From Candidatus Eiseniibacteriota bacterium (GTDB taxonomy: Bacteria; Eisenbacteria; RBG-16-71-46; CAIMUX01; VGJL01), in assembly GCA_963792585.1 (NCBI GenBank), contig CAWBWI010000001.1, forward strand, positions 160,001 to 224,000: 64,000 bases of DNA. Direction: 5' to 3'. The notes beneath the pieces were generated by a model, which made no database searches, was not told the origin of the DNA, and saw only the letters and a program-made list of their open reading frames with translations. Below, in pieces: positions 28,095 through 38,787 of this stretch (its first letter is position 1; the number at the start of each line of letters is the position of its first letter). A program made the position numbers and the translations under genes.

Positions 28095-31000
28095 ATGCGC
28101 GCACGACCCTTATGCCGGTTCTTCTGGCTGATCACCCTGTTCCTGGCGGTTTCCCCGGCTTGGGCAGTCGGCGCGACCGCGGTGAACCTCGGCTGGAACT
28201 GGGACCAGGTCACGGTCCGGCAGTCTCAGGACGGATCCGCGGAATACGCGGTTTCAGGCTCCTTTCTCCATCTGAGCGCGCCGGGAGAGCCCAACCTCCC
28301 CGCCTACCTCGTCCGGGCTGAAGCGCCGGAGGGCGCTCGCGTGGCCGGATTCCACCTGATCGGGGAGTCGACCTCCGAGCGCGACGTTCAGGGGACGCTG
28401 GCAGCGGCAGCCCTCGATCGGCCCAGCGAGGACGGCGGGCCGCTGATCGTCGATCCGAAGCGCGAGGCCTACCAGGCCGCTCAGTATCCGGAGCAGAGGG
28501 TGCGGTTCCTTGGGATGACCTTGGGGGATGGCAAGGTGTGGGCCCACTTCGCCGTCTATCCTCTGGTGTCTCGCCTCGGGACACGCCTCTCCCTGCTGGA
28601 AAGGGGCGTGCTGGAGATCTCGTATGCCGACGACCCGTCGGCCCAGCTTCCGGTGAAGAACCTCCGACCGCAGGTCGCGGAATCCGGCAAGCGCAGCGGC
28701 GGATATGCGCACCCTCTCGATGCGGGGGATAGCGCGGCGGACGAAAAGCCGTCCCTCAGCGGCGAGCCGGTAGAGTATCTGGTCATCGCGCCCGAAGCGT
28801 TCAAGACGACGATCCTGACGCTCGTGAACTGGAAGAACCTCACGGGGACCCCCGCCACGGTCCGCACCGTCGAGTGGATTCTTCAGAACTACCCGAACGG
28901 GGTGGACGAGCCCCAGAGAATCCGGTCCTTCATTCGCGATGCGTACCGCTACTGGGGAACGAAATACGTCCTGATGGCCGGAGGACCGGCACAGGTCCCG
29001 GTCCGATATTGCCGTTACTGGTCCTGGTCGGTCCCCCTCGATATCCTGACGGACAACTACTTCGCTTGCCTCGACGGCGAGTGGAACGCAGACGGGGACC
29101 AGTACTTCGGCGAGGGCCGCCACATCTCGGAGCCGGCGAACCCCATCGGGGACCAGGTCGATTTCGATCCGGAGCTGATGATCGGTCGGGTCCCGGCGCA
29201 GAGCGCGGAACAGCTGAACATCTGGGTGACGAAGTACCTCACTTACGTTCGATCACCGGACCTGGGTGGCTACCTCGACCGGATGCTCTTGCTCGGAGAG
29301 GTGCTGTTCAACAACCAGTGGACACGCCAGGAACTGCAGCAGACGCCGGGCCACAACTATGTTTGCGGCCGCAGCCCTTGCCCGTCCGCCTGTAGGTTGT
29401 GCATCAGCCTCGATGGAGCGGATGACTGCGTCTCCGTGGTGGGGACCCTCACGATCGCAAGCCAGAACGACCCCACCGTGGTCACCATGACGCCGGTTGA
29501 ATTGTACGAATACTACGAGTACTGGCAGACGCACGGACGTCCGCAGGCGCTTCTGGAGAAGAGGCTGGACGTTCTCGCACAGATCAACCAGGGCGCAGGC
29601 TTCATCCACCACGTCGGGCACGGGGACAAGGATCGGATGTCGATCGGCACCGGAACAGGCCTGGACGGGGCCGGCCGACTCGTGGTCGAGGACGCCCGGG
29701 CTCTGACGAACGGCCCGAGACAGGGGATCATCTATGCGATCAACTGCACCTCCGCCGCGATCGACTACGACTGCGTGGCCGAGGGCTTCCTCTTCAACCC
29801 CAATGGAGGAGCGGTCTGCTACGTCGGCTCCACGAACCTCGACTTCCCGGCCGCCGCGTCCGGGTTCCAGAGCCTCTGGTACTCCAAGCTGTTGATCGAC
29901 AAGTACGACAGCATCGGGCTCGCATTCAAGGAGACACTCTCCCAGATGGCGTCCCACATCGGCTCGAGTGGGAATGACGAGAACTCCTACCGGTTCCTCA
30001 GCTTCAGCCTCATCACGCTCGGCGATCCCCAGATGCGTACGTGGCTCGGAACTCCGAAGCCGATAACGGTCAACGCCCTCACCGGCATCGACCTCGGCGA
30101 CTCGACCTTCACGGTCACCGTGCGTCGCGAGGGGCAACCACTTCCGGGCGCGCGCGTCTGCGCCTACAAGGCGAGCGACACATTCGCGGTGGGCACAACC
30201 GGCGTCGACGGCGTCACCGTGCTGCCTTTCCGGCCCTCGAAGACCGGGACGTTCCGGCTCGGAATCACCCATGCCACTTCTGTGCCCTACTACGACACGG
30301 GGACGCGCAATGTGATCGGACCTCCGGCGCAACCCGGTCTTGCGATCAGCGCATTGTCCATCGTCGACGACAACCTCCAGGGAGCCGCGGGCAATGGGAA
30401 TGGGCTCTTCGAGGAGGGCGAGACGGTCGATCTGGACGTGAGCCTCACCAACGGCGGCTCGGGCGCCGCGCAGGGGGCCACTCTCACGCTGGCGATCTCG
30501 CCGCCGGCCCTTGAGGAGTGGATCGACGTGCTCAAGGACTCGCAAACGGTGTCGACGACGATCTCCCCGAATGCGACCGCTGTGATCACCCGGGCCTTCC
30601 GCCTGAAGATTCGACCGGGAGCCGGTGCGGGGCTCTACCAGAACGGGGATCGCCTGCCGTTCATCGCCGACATCCGGGTTACGACCGGCACCGGGACGGA
30701 GAGAACGAACGTCTTCGAGTATCTCGTGCCTGCATACCGGCCGCTCTTCGACTTCGAAACCGGGACCATCAACGAGATCGTCGGCAACGACAACGGGCGG
30801 CCGGATGACGGCGAGACGCTCGAGTGGATCCCGAGGCTCCGGAACGTGAGCACGGGGGCGGCCGCGAACCTCTCCGGCTTCCTGTCGAACATCGCCGGCG
30901 GCACCGTGGTCAACGGTTCCTCCCCGCTCGAGAATGCCGAGTCGGGGCAGTTGCTCTCCGCGACCGCGCCCTTCCGATTCACGGTCGAGAATTCCGGGAC

Positions 31001-33323
31001 GTTGAAGATGAACTTCACCGTTCGATCGACTCTGGATCCGAACTTCCTGTTCCTCCAGCGGCCGGTCGAGTTCAATGCACCCCAATCTCCCGAGTTCTCG
31101 GACAGCACGACGCTGCAAGCGGGACCCGACGCGATAAAGGTCGTCTGGAACTCGGCGCCCGCGACCGACGTGGGTGGCTATGTCGTGGAGCGTGGCCTGG
31201 CTCCGGAAGGACCGTTCACCCGTCTCCAATCCCGCCTGATCCTCGGGCGCTACATCAATGACGACGGGCTCCAAGGACTCCACAAGTACTACTACCGCGT
31301 TGCGGCGATCGACTCGTCGGGCAACGCCAGCGCCTATTCCCAGGTCAAGGAAGCGACCACCGGGCCCGCCATTCTGGCCGGATGGCCGTATGCGATCGCA
31401 GCGGGCCCGAACCAGGGTTGTCCGACGGTCGAGAACATCGACCAGCAAGGCGACAACGAGGTCCTCATCTCCGCGAAGAACATCCTGGGACTTCGCAGCG
31501 ACGGGGTCGAGATCACCGATGGGGACGGCATTCCGTCGACCCCCGGCGTCTGGTCGGGATTCGGTGCGGAGTACTGGAGCAAGCCGGCCGTCGCGGATAT
31601 CGACGGCGACGGCAAGCCCGAGATCGTGGCGACGTCTCGCAGGGACACGGGCACCACGGGGGCGGCCCAGGTTCTGGCCTGGAGTAACGACGGGACCCTG
31701 CTCTGGCAGAAGTCCGCCGGGAGCAGCACCTACCTGCTCGCCTCACCCGTGCTGGCCGACATCGCGGGCGACTCCATGCTCGAGGTCATTGCCGAGAATC
31801 GCGGCGTGCTCTACGCCTGGAACGCGGACGGTTCGCCCGTGATCTCCTCGAACGCGGACGGGATGCTCGTCTATGCGGCGGGGGTCGTGCAGTCCGACCC
31901 GGCGGCGATTCCCTATACGGCGGGTTCGCCGGCCGCGGCGGACCTCGACGACGACGGCAAGGACAAGATCATCTTTGGCGTCGAGACGATCGTCGAAGGG
32001 CTCACGACGCATCCATCCAATCTGATCGTGGTCAAGGGCACCGGCCAGATCGTCACGCGGGCGACCCTCGAAACCGGCCTGAGCGGAAACGATGCCATGG
32101 CCAATAGCTCCCCTTCGCTCGCCGATGTCGACGCGCTCGGGGACTACGAGATCTTCATTGCCACGCGCAACTACCTTTGGGCCTGGCGATACAACAAGGT
32201 GACGCACACCCTGCAGAAGGTCTGGACCGAGAGACAGATCCCGAAGCTTCCGAGCAACTGGACCGAGCCGACGCCCGCGATCGGCGATGTCGACGGCGAC
32301 GGGATCCTCGATGTCGTGGTCAGTGCCGGAGGAGGCAAGCTGATCGCGGTCAATGGGCAAACCGGTGAGCCTCTGAACCAGACGTGGCCCTTGTCGTTGG
32401 TGCAGTCGGCACGCAAGTTGGGATCTCCGATCCTGATGAACCTCGATGCGAATGAACTCACTGCCGAGATCGTGGTCGGGGACAACGACGGCCAGGTCCA
32501 CGCCGTGAACGCCGCGGGGCAGGATCTGCCCGGATTCCCGTACTACGCCGGCGGGAGAATCCAGCACGGACTCGCATGCTGGGACGTGGACCGCGACGGA
32601 TTCTCGAACCTCCTGATCCAGTCCGAGCAGCTTCCTCAGGTCTACATCCTGGACATTTCGAACGTGGCCTTCCCGATTGAGCAGGATTTGGCGATGGCGC
32701 GGAACCCGTGGACCTCGTTCCGCCACGACGGCCGAAACACCGGGCGCCTGCCGGCCCATGTTCTAACCCCCGTCGCGCAGTTCGACCTTGCGGCGAACCC
32801 GGATGCGGGGGCCGCGGTGTTGCGCTGGCAGACGCCGGGACAGCCGGATCTGTTCCAGGTGCTGCGGCGGGAGTCGGACCTTTCCTGGAGCGTTCGCGCC
32901 GAGGGACCGCCCTCGGAGTTCGCCGTGGATGGGCAGTACGGCTTCCGTGAGGCCGTCGAGGCGGGGGAGTGGACCTATCGGATCGCCGGCCTGGACAGCC
33001 AGGGACGCGAGCTGATGCGAAGCCTCGAGGCGACCATCTCGATCGCGCCCCTGCGACTTCGGCTGCTCGGGGCGATGCCGAACCCGTTCCGTCCGATGAC
33101 GAGCTTCCGCATCGAGTCTCCCGGCGGGGCGGCGCGGCTGGAGATCCTCGATCTCGGCGGGCGTCGCGTTCGCAGCATCTCGAGCGAAGGGACCGCGGGA
33201 CGGCGCGACATCGTGTGGGATGGACGCGACGACGCGGGGCACTCGGTCGCAGCCGGAGTGTACCTCGCGCGGTTGCGGGGCGCGGCGGAGTCGCGCAGCC
33301 TCAAGGTCGTCCTCTTGAGGTGA
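28095..33323 (+). CDS. C25 (gingipain-family) cysteine peptidase with propeptide, Ig/FN3 domains, FG-GAP repeats and FlgD-Ig/CTD tail
   Basis: PGEPNLP propeptide; EYLVIAP, TDNYFACLDG, IGRVP, HVGHG, AINCTSA, LGDP; multiple DxDGDG repeats; tail PNPF...WDGRDDAG...GVY. Confidence 0.88.
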   Translation: MRARPLCRFFWLITLFLAVSPAWAVGATAVNLGWNWDQVTVRQSQDGSAEYAVSGSFLHLSAPGEPNLPAYLVRAEAPEGARVAGFHLIGESTSERDVQGTLAAAALDRPSEDGGPLIVDPKREAYQAAQYPEQRVRFLGMTLGDGKVWAHFAVYPLVSRLGTRLSLLERGVLEISYADDPSAQLPVKNLRPQVAESGKRSGGYAHPLDAGDSAADEKPSLSGEPVEYLVIAPEAFKTTILTLVNWKNLTGTPATVRTVEWILQNYPNGVDEPQRIRSFIRDAYRYWGTKYVLMAGGPAQVPVRYCRYWSWSVPLDILTDNYFACLDGEWNADGDQYFGEGRHISEPANPIGDQVDFDPELMIGRVPAQSAEQLNIWVTKYLTYVRSPDLGGYLDRMLLLGEVLFNNQWTRQELQQTPGHNYVCGRSPCPSACRLCISLDGADDCVSVVGTLTIASQNDPTVVTMTPVELYEYYEYWQTHGRPQALLEKRLDVLAQINQGAGFIHHVGHGDKDRMSIGTGTGLDGAGRLVVEDARALTNGPRQGIIYAINCTSAAIDYDCVAEGFLFNPNGGAVCYVGSTNLDFPAAASGFQSLWYSKLLIDKYDSIGLAFKETLSQMASHIGSSGNDENSYRFLSFSLITLGDPQMRTWLGTPKPITVNALTGIDLGDSTFTVTVRREGQPLPGARVCAYKASDTFAVGTTGVDGVTVLPFRPSKTGTFRLGITHATSVPYYDTGTRNVIGPPAQPGLAISALSIVDDNLQGAAGNGNGLFEEGETVDLDVSLTNGGSGAAQGATLTLAISPPALEEWIDVLKDSQTVSTTISPNATAVITRAFRLKIRPGAGAGLYQNGDRLPFIADIRVTTGTGTERTNVFEYLVPAYRPLFDFETGTINEIVGNDNGRPDDGETLEWIPRLRNVSTGAAANLSGFLSNIAGGTVVNGSSPLENAESGQLLSATAPFRFTVENSGTLKMNFTVRSTLDPNFLFLQRPVEFNAPQSPEFSDSTTLQAGPDAIKVVWNSAPATDVGGYVVERGLAPEGPFTRLQSRLILGRYINDDGLQGLHKYYYRVAAIDSSGNASAYSQVKEATTGPAILAGWPYAIAAGPNQGCPTVENIDQQGDNEVLISAKNILGLRSDGVEITDGDGIPSTPGVWSGFGAEYWSKPAVADIDGDGKPEIVATSRRDTGTTGAAQVLAWSNDGTLLWQKSAGSSTYLLASPVLADIAGDSMLEVIAENRGVLYAWNADGSPVISSNADGMLVYAAGVVQSDPAAIPYTAGSPAAADLDDDGKDKIIFGVETIVEGLTTHPSNLIVVKGTGQIVTRATLETGLSGNDAMANSSPSLADVDALGDYEIFIATRNYLWAWRYNKVTHTLQKVWTERQIPKLPSNWTEPTPAIGDVDGDGILDVVVSAGGGKLIAVNGQTGEPLNQTWPLSLVQSARKLGSPILMNLDANELTAEIVVGDNDGQVHAVNAAGQDLPGFPYYAGGRIQHGLACWDVDRDGFSNLLIQSEQLPQVYILDISNVAFPIEQDLAMARNPWTSFRHDGRNTGRLPAHVLTPVAQFDLAANPDAGAAVLRWQTPGQPDLFQVLRRESDLSWSVRAEGPPSEFAVDGQYGFREAVEAGEWTYRIAGLDSQGRELMRSLEATISIAPLRLRLLGAMPNPFRPMTSFRIESPGGAARLEILDLGGRRVRSISSEGTAGRRDIVWDGRDDAGHSVAAGVYLARLRGAAESRSLKVVLLR

Positions 33324-33392
33324 TTTGGAATTGGGGTTGCTCTCGAGGCCGGTCGATTTCTAGAATACCGACTCTGGCCCAATGATTCGTGC

Positions 33393-33466
33393 TGGGGAGT
33401 CGTCCAGCGGTAGGACACATGACTCTGGATCATGGAACCGGGGTTCGAGTCCCTGCTCCCCAGCCA
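33393..33466 (+). tRNA. tRNA-Gln (CTG)
   Basis: Acceptor TGGGGAG/CTCCCCA, G discriminator and CCA; anticodon arm CATGA-CTCTGGA-TCATG; GGTTCGAGTCC T-arm. TAGAAT -10 at 33361. Confidence 0.97.
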
Positions 33467-33484
33467 CTTTGAAGACAACGAGTT

Positions 33485-33520
33485 AGCCCCGTCGTGTTGA
33501 GCGGCGGGGCTTTCGTTTTT
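33485..33520 (+). terminator. Rho-independent terminator after tRNA-Gln
   Basis: AGCCCCGTCG-TGTTGAG-CGGCGGGGCT-TTCGTTTTT. Confidence 0.8.
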
Positions 33521-33699
33521 GGCCCGGGCCAGCACCTGGGCTGACAGATCGGGATTAGGAGATATCAGGGTCCGGCCCGTTCCCGTCGGTCGTTGATCCC
33601 CGCTGCGTCAACGCCTGACGTCCCTGCCGGTAGTAGAATCGACGGGCGCTCATTCGCACCGAACCACCGAAGGGGGGACCTACCGTGAAGGCCGCGATC

Positions 33700-34160
33700 G
33701 TCGTGTCGGTCACCCCCAGCCAATTCGGCCACATCCTGCAGTGTCAGATCTGCTTCCAGCGCCTCCATCACCAAGATCTTCACTTCCAGCGGCGCTGGCT
33801 GCGACCTCTTCACCGAACTCTTCGCCGCCTGCACGGCCCCAGCGTCGCCCTGCCGAGGGGCCTTCGGCCGGCTGCTGTGTTTGCTCCAGAACCCCGTTTC
33901 TTGTCCCTCCTTATCCCTGACCTGTCCGGTCTAGGAATGAGGGACGTGTCAACTATTCCAGGACCCAGGAGGGGGACACGAGTAACTGGACGCTACAAGG
34001 TCGCCCCAGCCCTCGGGGTGGTGGTTCATCAGCCTCTTGATCAGTCTGCCGGCTTGACGCACACTCTTGACCGTCGCAAACGGCGACATGGGGTAACTCC
34101 TTTCTGTGGTCCCTCTAGACCCACATGGGAGCTACCCCTTCTTTCTGCCTGACACAAGAC
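33700..34160 (-). mobile_element. Nested IS remnants: IS256-like left end interrupted at 33997 by an IS481-like left end and HTH fragment
   Basis: TGTGTCAGG end; hairpin covering AAGGAG before ATG 34089 (MSPFATVKSVRQAGRLIKRLMNHHPEGWGD); then TGTAGCGTCC... and PLEVKILVMEALEADLTLQDVAELAG. Family calls are from recalled patterns. Confidence 0.45.
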
Positions 34161-34328
34161 CTGATACATCACCGGCGCGATGCGGAGGGTCGAATCCGTA
34201 ACCAGAATCACGTACAATGGATGGGCCGTCGTCCGACGGCTCACGATCCATGCGCATCCGGGACCCACACAGCCCGGCTGGTGGGTCCGGGAACGCATCG
34301 GCATTGGTCTCCGCGCGGAGGAGCAAAC

Positions 34329-37300
34329 ATGCGAAGCAGCAGGGTCCTCATGGCCTCGTGCCTGTTCTCCGTCTCGATCGCCGCCCTCGGCCTCGTCGCC
34401 CTCGGTCGTCAGAGCGACAGGATTCAGGTGGGTGGCCGGGAGTTCGAGCGAATCGAGCTCCAACTCAACACCTTCACCCGTAGCACCCAGTCGGAGGTCG
34501 CCCTCGACATGGCCGAGGACGGCGCGGTCGTCGCGGCGTGGGATAGCCGACGGCAGGACTTCGGAACCTACGGTGTGTTCGCGCGCTGGGTGGACTCATC
34601 GGGACGGCCGCGTGGGCCGGAAGAACAAGTCAACATCGAGAGACGTTCGATGCAAATGAGGCCTGCTGTCTCCCTGGACAGCGAGGGGGGCGCGGGGTTT
34701 GCGTGGCAGTCGCTGAACCAGGACGGTGAGGCAGGCGCCATCATGGGTCGCCTGACCGGGGATGAGCGAATCCTTAACGCAAGGACGGCGGGAGACCAGT
34801 CTGAGGTCGCCATCGACCGCCTCGCGGACGGACGATTCGTTGCCGCCTGGAAGACGATTGGACACGACCCAACGCAGACGACGATTGCACTGCGACTCCT
34901 GGCGGCAGACGGAACGCCGTGTACCGACGAGTTCCTCTTCGATCCGCCTAATGGCATGCAGGATCATCTCCCATGCGTCGCTTCCGACAGGCTCGGGGGC
35001 TTCATCGTGGCCTGGGCCCGCATGCGGGCCGAACCCCACTCCAGCCAGATCCGGGCTCAACGGTTCGATCGCGAACTGAGTCCGTCCGGAAGCGAGATCA
35101 TGGTGAGCCAGCCCGGGGTCACTGCGATCGAACCGGCGATCGCCGCGGATGCCAGGGGAAGATTCGCGGTCGCCTGGCTCGAGTACAGCTGCTCGACGGA
35201 GTATGACGTCATGACCCGCACGTATGAGGCCAACGGCTCCGCTCGAACCCTACCCACATCGGTCTGCTCCGATCCGACGGGTTGGCAGAGTGGCGCGGCC
35301 ATCGCGATGGCCGCGGACGGGCGCTGCCTCGTGGCATGGAACAACTCGCTGGACGGCGGTCTCGATTCCGATGTCCATGCGCGTCTCATCGATGCCACGG
35401 GCAAGCCTGAAACGAGCGACTTCCGCGTGAATGCTCACGCGGAGGGTCCGCAATCTCTCTCCGCCGCGACGGGCGTGCGCCGTGTCGCGCTGGGCGAGGA
35501 TGGGCGGATGGCCTTTGCCTGGCACGGCGACTCCGGACACGGCGACGACTCCGCAGCGAATCTCACGGTGTTCGCTCCCCGAGGATCCGGTCTCGGTCAT
35601 GATCTCGCGGGCGGCCTGCGTCTGGGGAGCGCCTACGTGGCTTCCATTCTGCAGAGCCGGACTCCGCACCTCGAGATGACCGCCCTGCCCTACATCCCTC
35701 CGACCTTCGATGCATCCGCCCGAGGACCGCTCCTGGATTCGGAGCCTCTGGTTCTGGGAGATCGCGAGATCGGTTTCACCGCTTTCACGAACACCGGCTG
35801 GACTCCGCCGGATCCCCACATGGCGGCCGGGCTGAACCACGTGATGGGAATCGTCAACGGCGGGATCGTCGTCTACCAGAAGAACGGGACGCTGGTCTGG
35901 CAGGAGGACATATCTGACGCGGGTGGATTCTGGGGCGAGGTCGGAGCCACCAACTTCGTCTTCGATCCGGAGATCATCTTCGACCCCTTCGAGAACCGAT
36001 TCATCGCGATGGCCAATGAGCGAAGCACCGACAACCGTTCGATGTTCCTGCTGGCGATCTCGAACGGCAGCGATCCGAGCAGTCAGACGGCCTGGCACAA
36101 GTACCGGTTCGACGTCACCGCTCTGGGAGGCAGTGACACGGACTCGCCAAACATGGCGGTCGATCGAGACGCGATCTACATCTCGGCGGACTTCTTCACG
36201 CCGGGAGAGAAGTACCTGGTCTACATCATCGACAAGAGCTCTGTGATCGACGGAGGATCCGCGGTCACCCGGAGCGTTCTCCATACCGGCTCCCAGTCCT
36301 TCGGGATTCCGGTGATGTACACGGATGATGCTCCGCGAATGTACATGATCGAACACTTCGAATCGGATCCATCGGCCACCGTCCGGTTGTGGGCGATCAA
36401 CGATCCGCTCGGGGCACCTTCGCTCACGTCCTTCACACTCTCCGTGCCGAGCTACTATCGCCCCGCGAATCTCCGCTCCCTGGGCACCACCGTGCAGCCG
36501 CTGTCATTCGACGCCCGTTTCTGGAGTTGCATGTACAGGGACGGCTCCCTGTGGGCGGCGCACCACGTGTCTCTCTCGAACAGCCCACGGGTCACCGTTT
36601 CCCGCTGGTATGAGATCGAGATGAACGGCTGGCCGCTCTCCGGGGACAACCCGACGCTTCGGCAGTCGGGCACCGTCGCGCCGGCCGACCAGGTGTACTG
36701 CTCCTTCAACTCGATCTCGGCGGACGAGAACGGAAACGCGGTGATGGTATTCGCTCGGTCCTCCACCACTGAGTACTTCTCGATCGCGAGAGCCTACCGG
36801 TTCGCGGGGGATCCACTCGGTTTCATGAACCCGCCGGAGTTCGTCAAGCAAAGCGCCTCCCCTTACGGCGGAGATCGATGGGGAGACTACAGTGCGGTGG
36901 TCGCTGACCCCGTCGAATCGGGCATGTTCTGGATGCATCACGAGTACACCCCGGGATCCAACTCATGGCACACATGGATCTCCGGAGAGCTGATCAATCC
37001 TCCGGGATCGTACCTCTCGCTGGGTGGGGCCCGGATCAGCGACGATTCAGTCGGGCAATCGGACGGAAACAACGACGGGAATCCGAATCCGTCGGAGACG
37101 ATCGAGGTCTGGGTGAACCTCCGCAACATCGGCCAGGTGGCTGCGACCGGCTTGAGCGGCGAGCTGACATTGGTCGGAGGGCAGGCCACGGTCCTGCAGG
37201 GGAATGCGAGCTGGGCCGACATCCCACCGGGCGGAGAGGGGGAGAGCCTCACTCCGTTCGTCTTCAGCATCTCGGAAGCAGTGCCCGATGGTGAGATCCT

Positions 37301-38588
37301 TCCGTTCGTCCTGAACATGACCAACGACCTCGGAGTGCAGGAGATCGACGTGCCTCTGGTCGTCGTCGCACCGAACCTTGCATACCAGTCCCACCAGATC
37401 GACGACGCCAGCCACGGAAACGGGAACGGCATCCCGGAGCCCGGGGAGGTCTTGGTGCTTCCGGTGAGGCTCGTGAATGTCGGCGGTCAGGCTGCCGTGG
37501 ATATCGAGGCGGGTCTCTCGAGCAGTGATCCGGACGTCGTGATCATCGACGGGGCGGGGTTCAGCAGCCGCATCGACCCCGGAACCGAGGGTGCCCTCGC
37601 TCCTCCGTATCGGATTGTCGTCCCCTCCAACGCCGTCAGTGGAGACGTCCTTTCGTTCGACCTCGCGATCACGGCCGCCTCCGGGTATGCATCCGTCGGG
37701 GAGTTCTCGGTGCGGGTCGGCAGCGCGTTCTTCGACGACGTGGAGGCCGATCTCCACTGGACGCTCTCCTCGGTGGGCGACAATGCGGCATCCGGCCAGT
37801 GGGTGCGCGTTGACCCGAACGGGACATACCAGACCGGACAGATTCCGGTGCAGCCGGAGGACGACCACACGCCCGCCCTGGGGACGATTTGCTTCGTGAC
37901 GGGCCAAGGCACACCCGGCGGCGCGGTCGGTGAGGCGGACGTCGACGGAGGCATTACAACCCTGACGACACCGACGCTGGATTTGACCGGGGTCACACAG
38001 CCGTCCGTTTCCTACTGGTGCTGGTACACGAACAACCTCGGCAACAACGGCGGTCAGGACGTCTGGCTCGTGCAGATCTCCAGTGATGGAGGTGGGTCCT
38101 GGGTCGACCTGGAGAGTACGACGGAATCCCACAACGCCTGGGAAGAGAGATCATTCCTGGTGAGCAACTACATCACGCCCACGAATCAGGTCGTCGTGCG
38201 GTTCGTAGCAAGTGATACCGGGAGCGGCTCGCTCGTCGAGGCGGCGGTCGATGACTTCTCGGTCACCGGAGAGGCCGGCGTGGTCGCTGTTGATGATGAG
38301 CATGCAGTGGGGTTTGTCCGACTCAATCCGGCAACGCCGAATCCGATGGGCGATCAGACGACCCTGAGCTTCACGCTTCCGGGACGAAGCCTCGTCCAGA
38401 TCCGGGTCTATCGAGCCGATGGCCGTCTCGTGCGCACCATCGTCGACGGCACTCTGCCATCCGGACTTCACCGGGTGGTGTGGGATGGACGCACCCCAGG
38501 CGGCGAGGACGTTCCCTCGGGGATTTACTTCATCCAACTCACCGCGGGCGATGAGGTGCGAAGGGGGCGGTTGGTGATCCTGCGCTGA
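34329..38588 (+). CDS. Large secreted multidomain protein (propeller-like repeats, PPDP...WGDY domain, Ig-like and jelly-roll domains, FlgD-Ig/CTD tail)
   Basis: Signal peptide; repeated xN..TxGxQ..PxVA..DGxFVVAW; TPPDPHMAAG, RWGDYS; DGNNDGNPNPSE; tail PNP...YRADGRLVR...WDG...SGIY. Confidence 0.8.
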   Translation: MRSSRVLMASCLFSVSIAALGLVALGRQSDRIQVGGREFERIELQLNTFTRSTQSEVALDMAEDGAVVAAWDSRRQDFGTYGVFARWVDSSGRPRGPEEQVNIERRSMQMRPAVSLDSEGGAGFAWQSLNQDGEAGAIMGRLTGDERILNARTAGDQSEVAIDRLADGRFVAAWKTIGHDPTQTTIALRLLAADGTPCTDEFLFDPPNGMQDHLPCVASDRLGGFIVAWARMRAEPHSSQIRAQRFDRELSPSGSEIMVSQPGVTAIEPAIAADARGRFAVAWLEYSCSTEYDVMTRTYEANGSARTLPTSVCSDPTGWQSGAAIAMAADGRCLVAWNNSLDGGLDSDVHARLIDATGKPETSDFRVNAHAEGPQSLSAATGVRRVALGEDGRMAFAWHGDSGHGDDSAANLTVFAPRGSGLGHDLAGGLRLGSAYVASILQSRTPHLEMTALPYIPPTFDASARGPLLDSEPLVLGDREIGFTAFTNTGWTPPDPHMAAGLNHVMGIVNGGIVVYQKNGTLVWQEDISDAGGFWGEVGATNFVFDPEIIFDPFENRFIAMANERSTDNRSMFLLAISNGSDPSSQTAWHKYRFDVTALGGSDTDSPNMAVDRDAIYISADFFTPGEKYLVYIIDKSSVIDGGSAVTRSVLHTGSQSFGIPVMYTDDAPRMYMIEHFESDPSATVRLWAINDPLGAPSLTSFTLSVPSYYRPANLRSLGTTVQPLSFDARFWSCMYRDGSLWAAHHVSLSNSPRVTVSRWYEIEMNGWPLSGDNPTLRQSGTVAPADQVYCSFNSISADENGNAVMVFARSSTTEYFSIARAYRFAGDPLGFMNPPEFVKQSASPYGGDRWGDYSAVVADPVESGMFWMHHEYTPGSNSWHTWISGELINPPGSYLSLGGARISDDSVGQSDGNNDGNPNPSETIEVWVNLRNIGQVAATGLSGELTLVGGQATVLQGNASWADIPPGGEGESLTPFVFSISEAVPDGEILPFVLNMTNDLGVQEIDVPLVVVAPNLAYQSHQIDDASHGNGNGIPEPGEVLVLPVRLVNVGGQAAVDIEAGLSSSDPDVVIIDGAGFSSRIDPGTEGALAPPYRIVVPSNAVSGDVLSFDLAITAASGYASVGEFSVRVGSAFFDDVEADLHWTLSSVGDNAASGQWVRVDPNGTYQTGQIPVQPEDDHTPALGTICFVTGQGTPGGAVGEADVDGGITTLTTPTLDLTGVTQPSVSYWCWYTNNLGNNGGQDVWLVQISSDGGGSWVDLESTTESHNAWEERSFLVSNYITPTNQVVVRFVASDTGSGSLVEAAVDDFSVTGEAGVVAVDDEHAVGFVRLNPATPNPMGDQTTLSFTLPGRSLVQIRVYRADGRLVRTIVDGTLPSGLHRVVWDGRTPGGEDVPSGIYFIQLTAGDEVRRGRLVILR

Positions 38589-38589
38589 T

Positions 38590-38772
38590 ATCGTCATCGC
38601 CTCCAACCCTGCTCGCTTCACGGGCATGGGGGCGTCGACCGGAGTGCCCGTACCGGAGCCGCTTGTTGGCGTGGCCTTCCTGGCGCTCGCACTGGCGGGT
38701 TTCAGGTCATGGCTCTGGATCGTCGTGCAGAGCCGCGTGGCGCCGGTGACCTCGAACGTTGGGCTTCCATGA
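38590..38772 (+). pseudogene. Possible fragment of a small membrane protein
   Basis: IVIAS...MGASTG...LVGVAFLALALAGFRSWLWIVV abuts the preceding stop; no convincing start or RBS. Confidence 0.3.
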
Positions 38773-38787
38773 CAAGGGGAACGGGGC

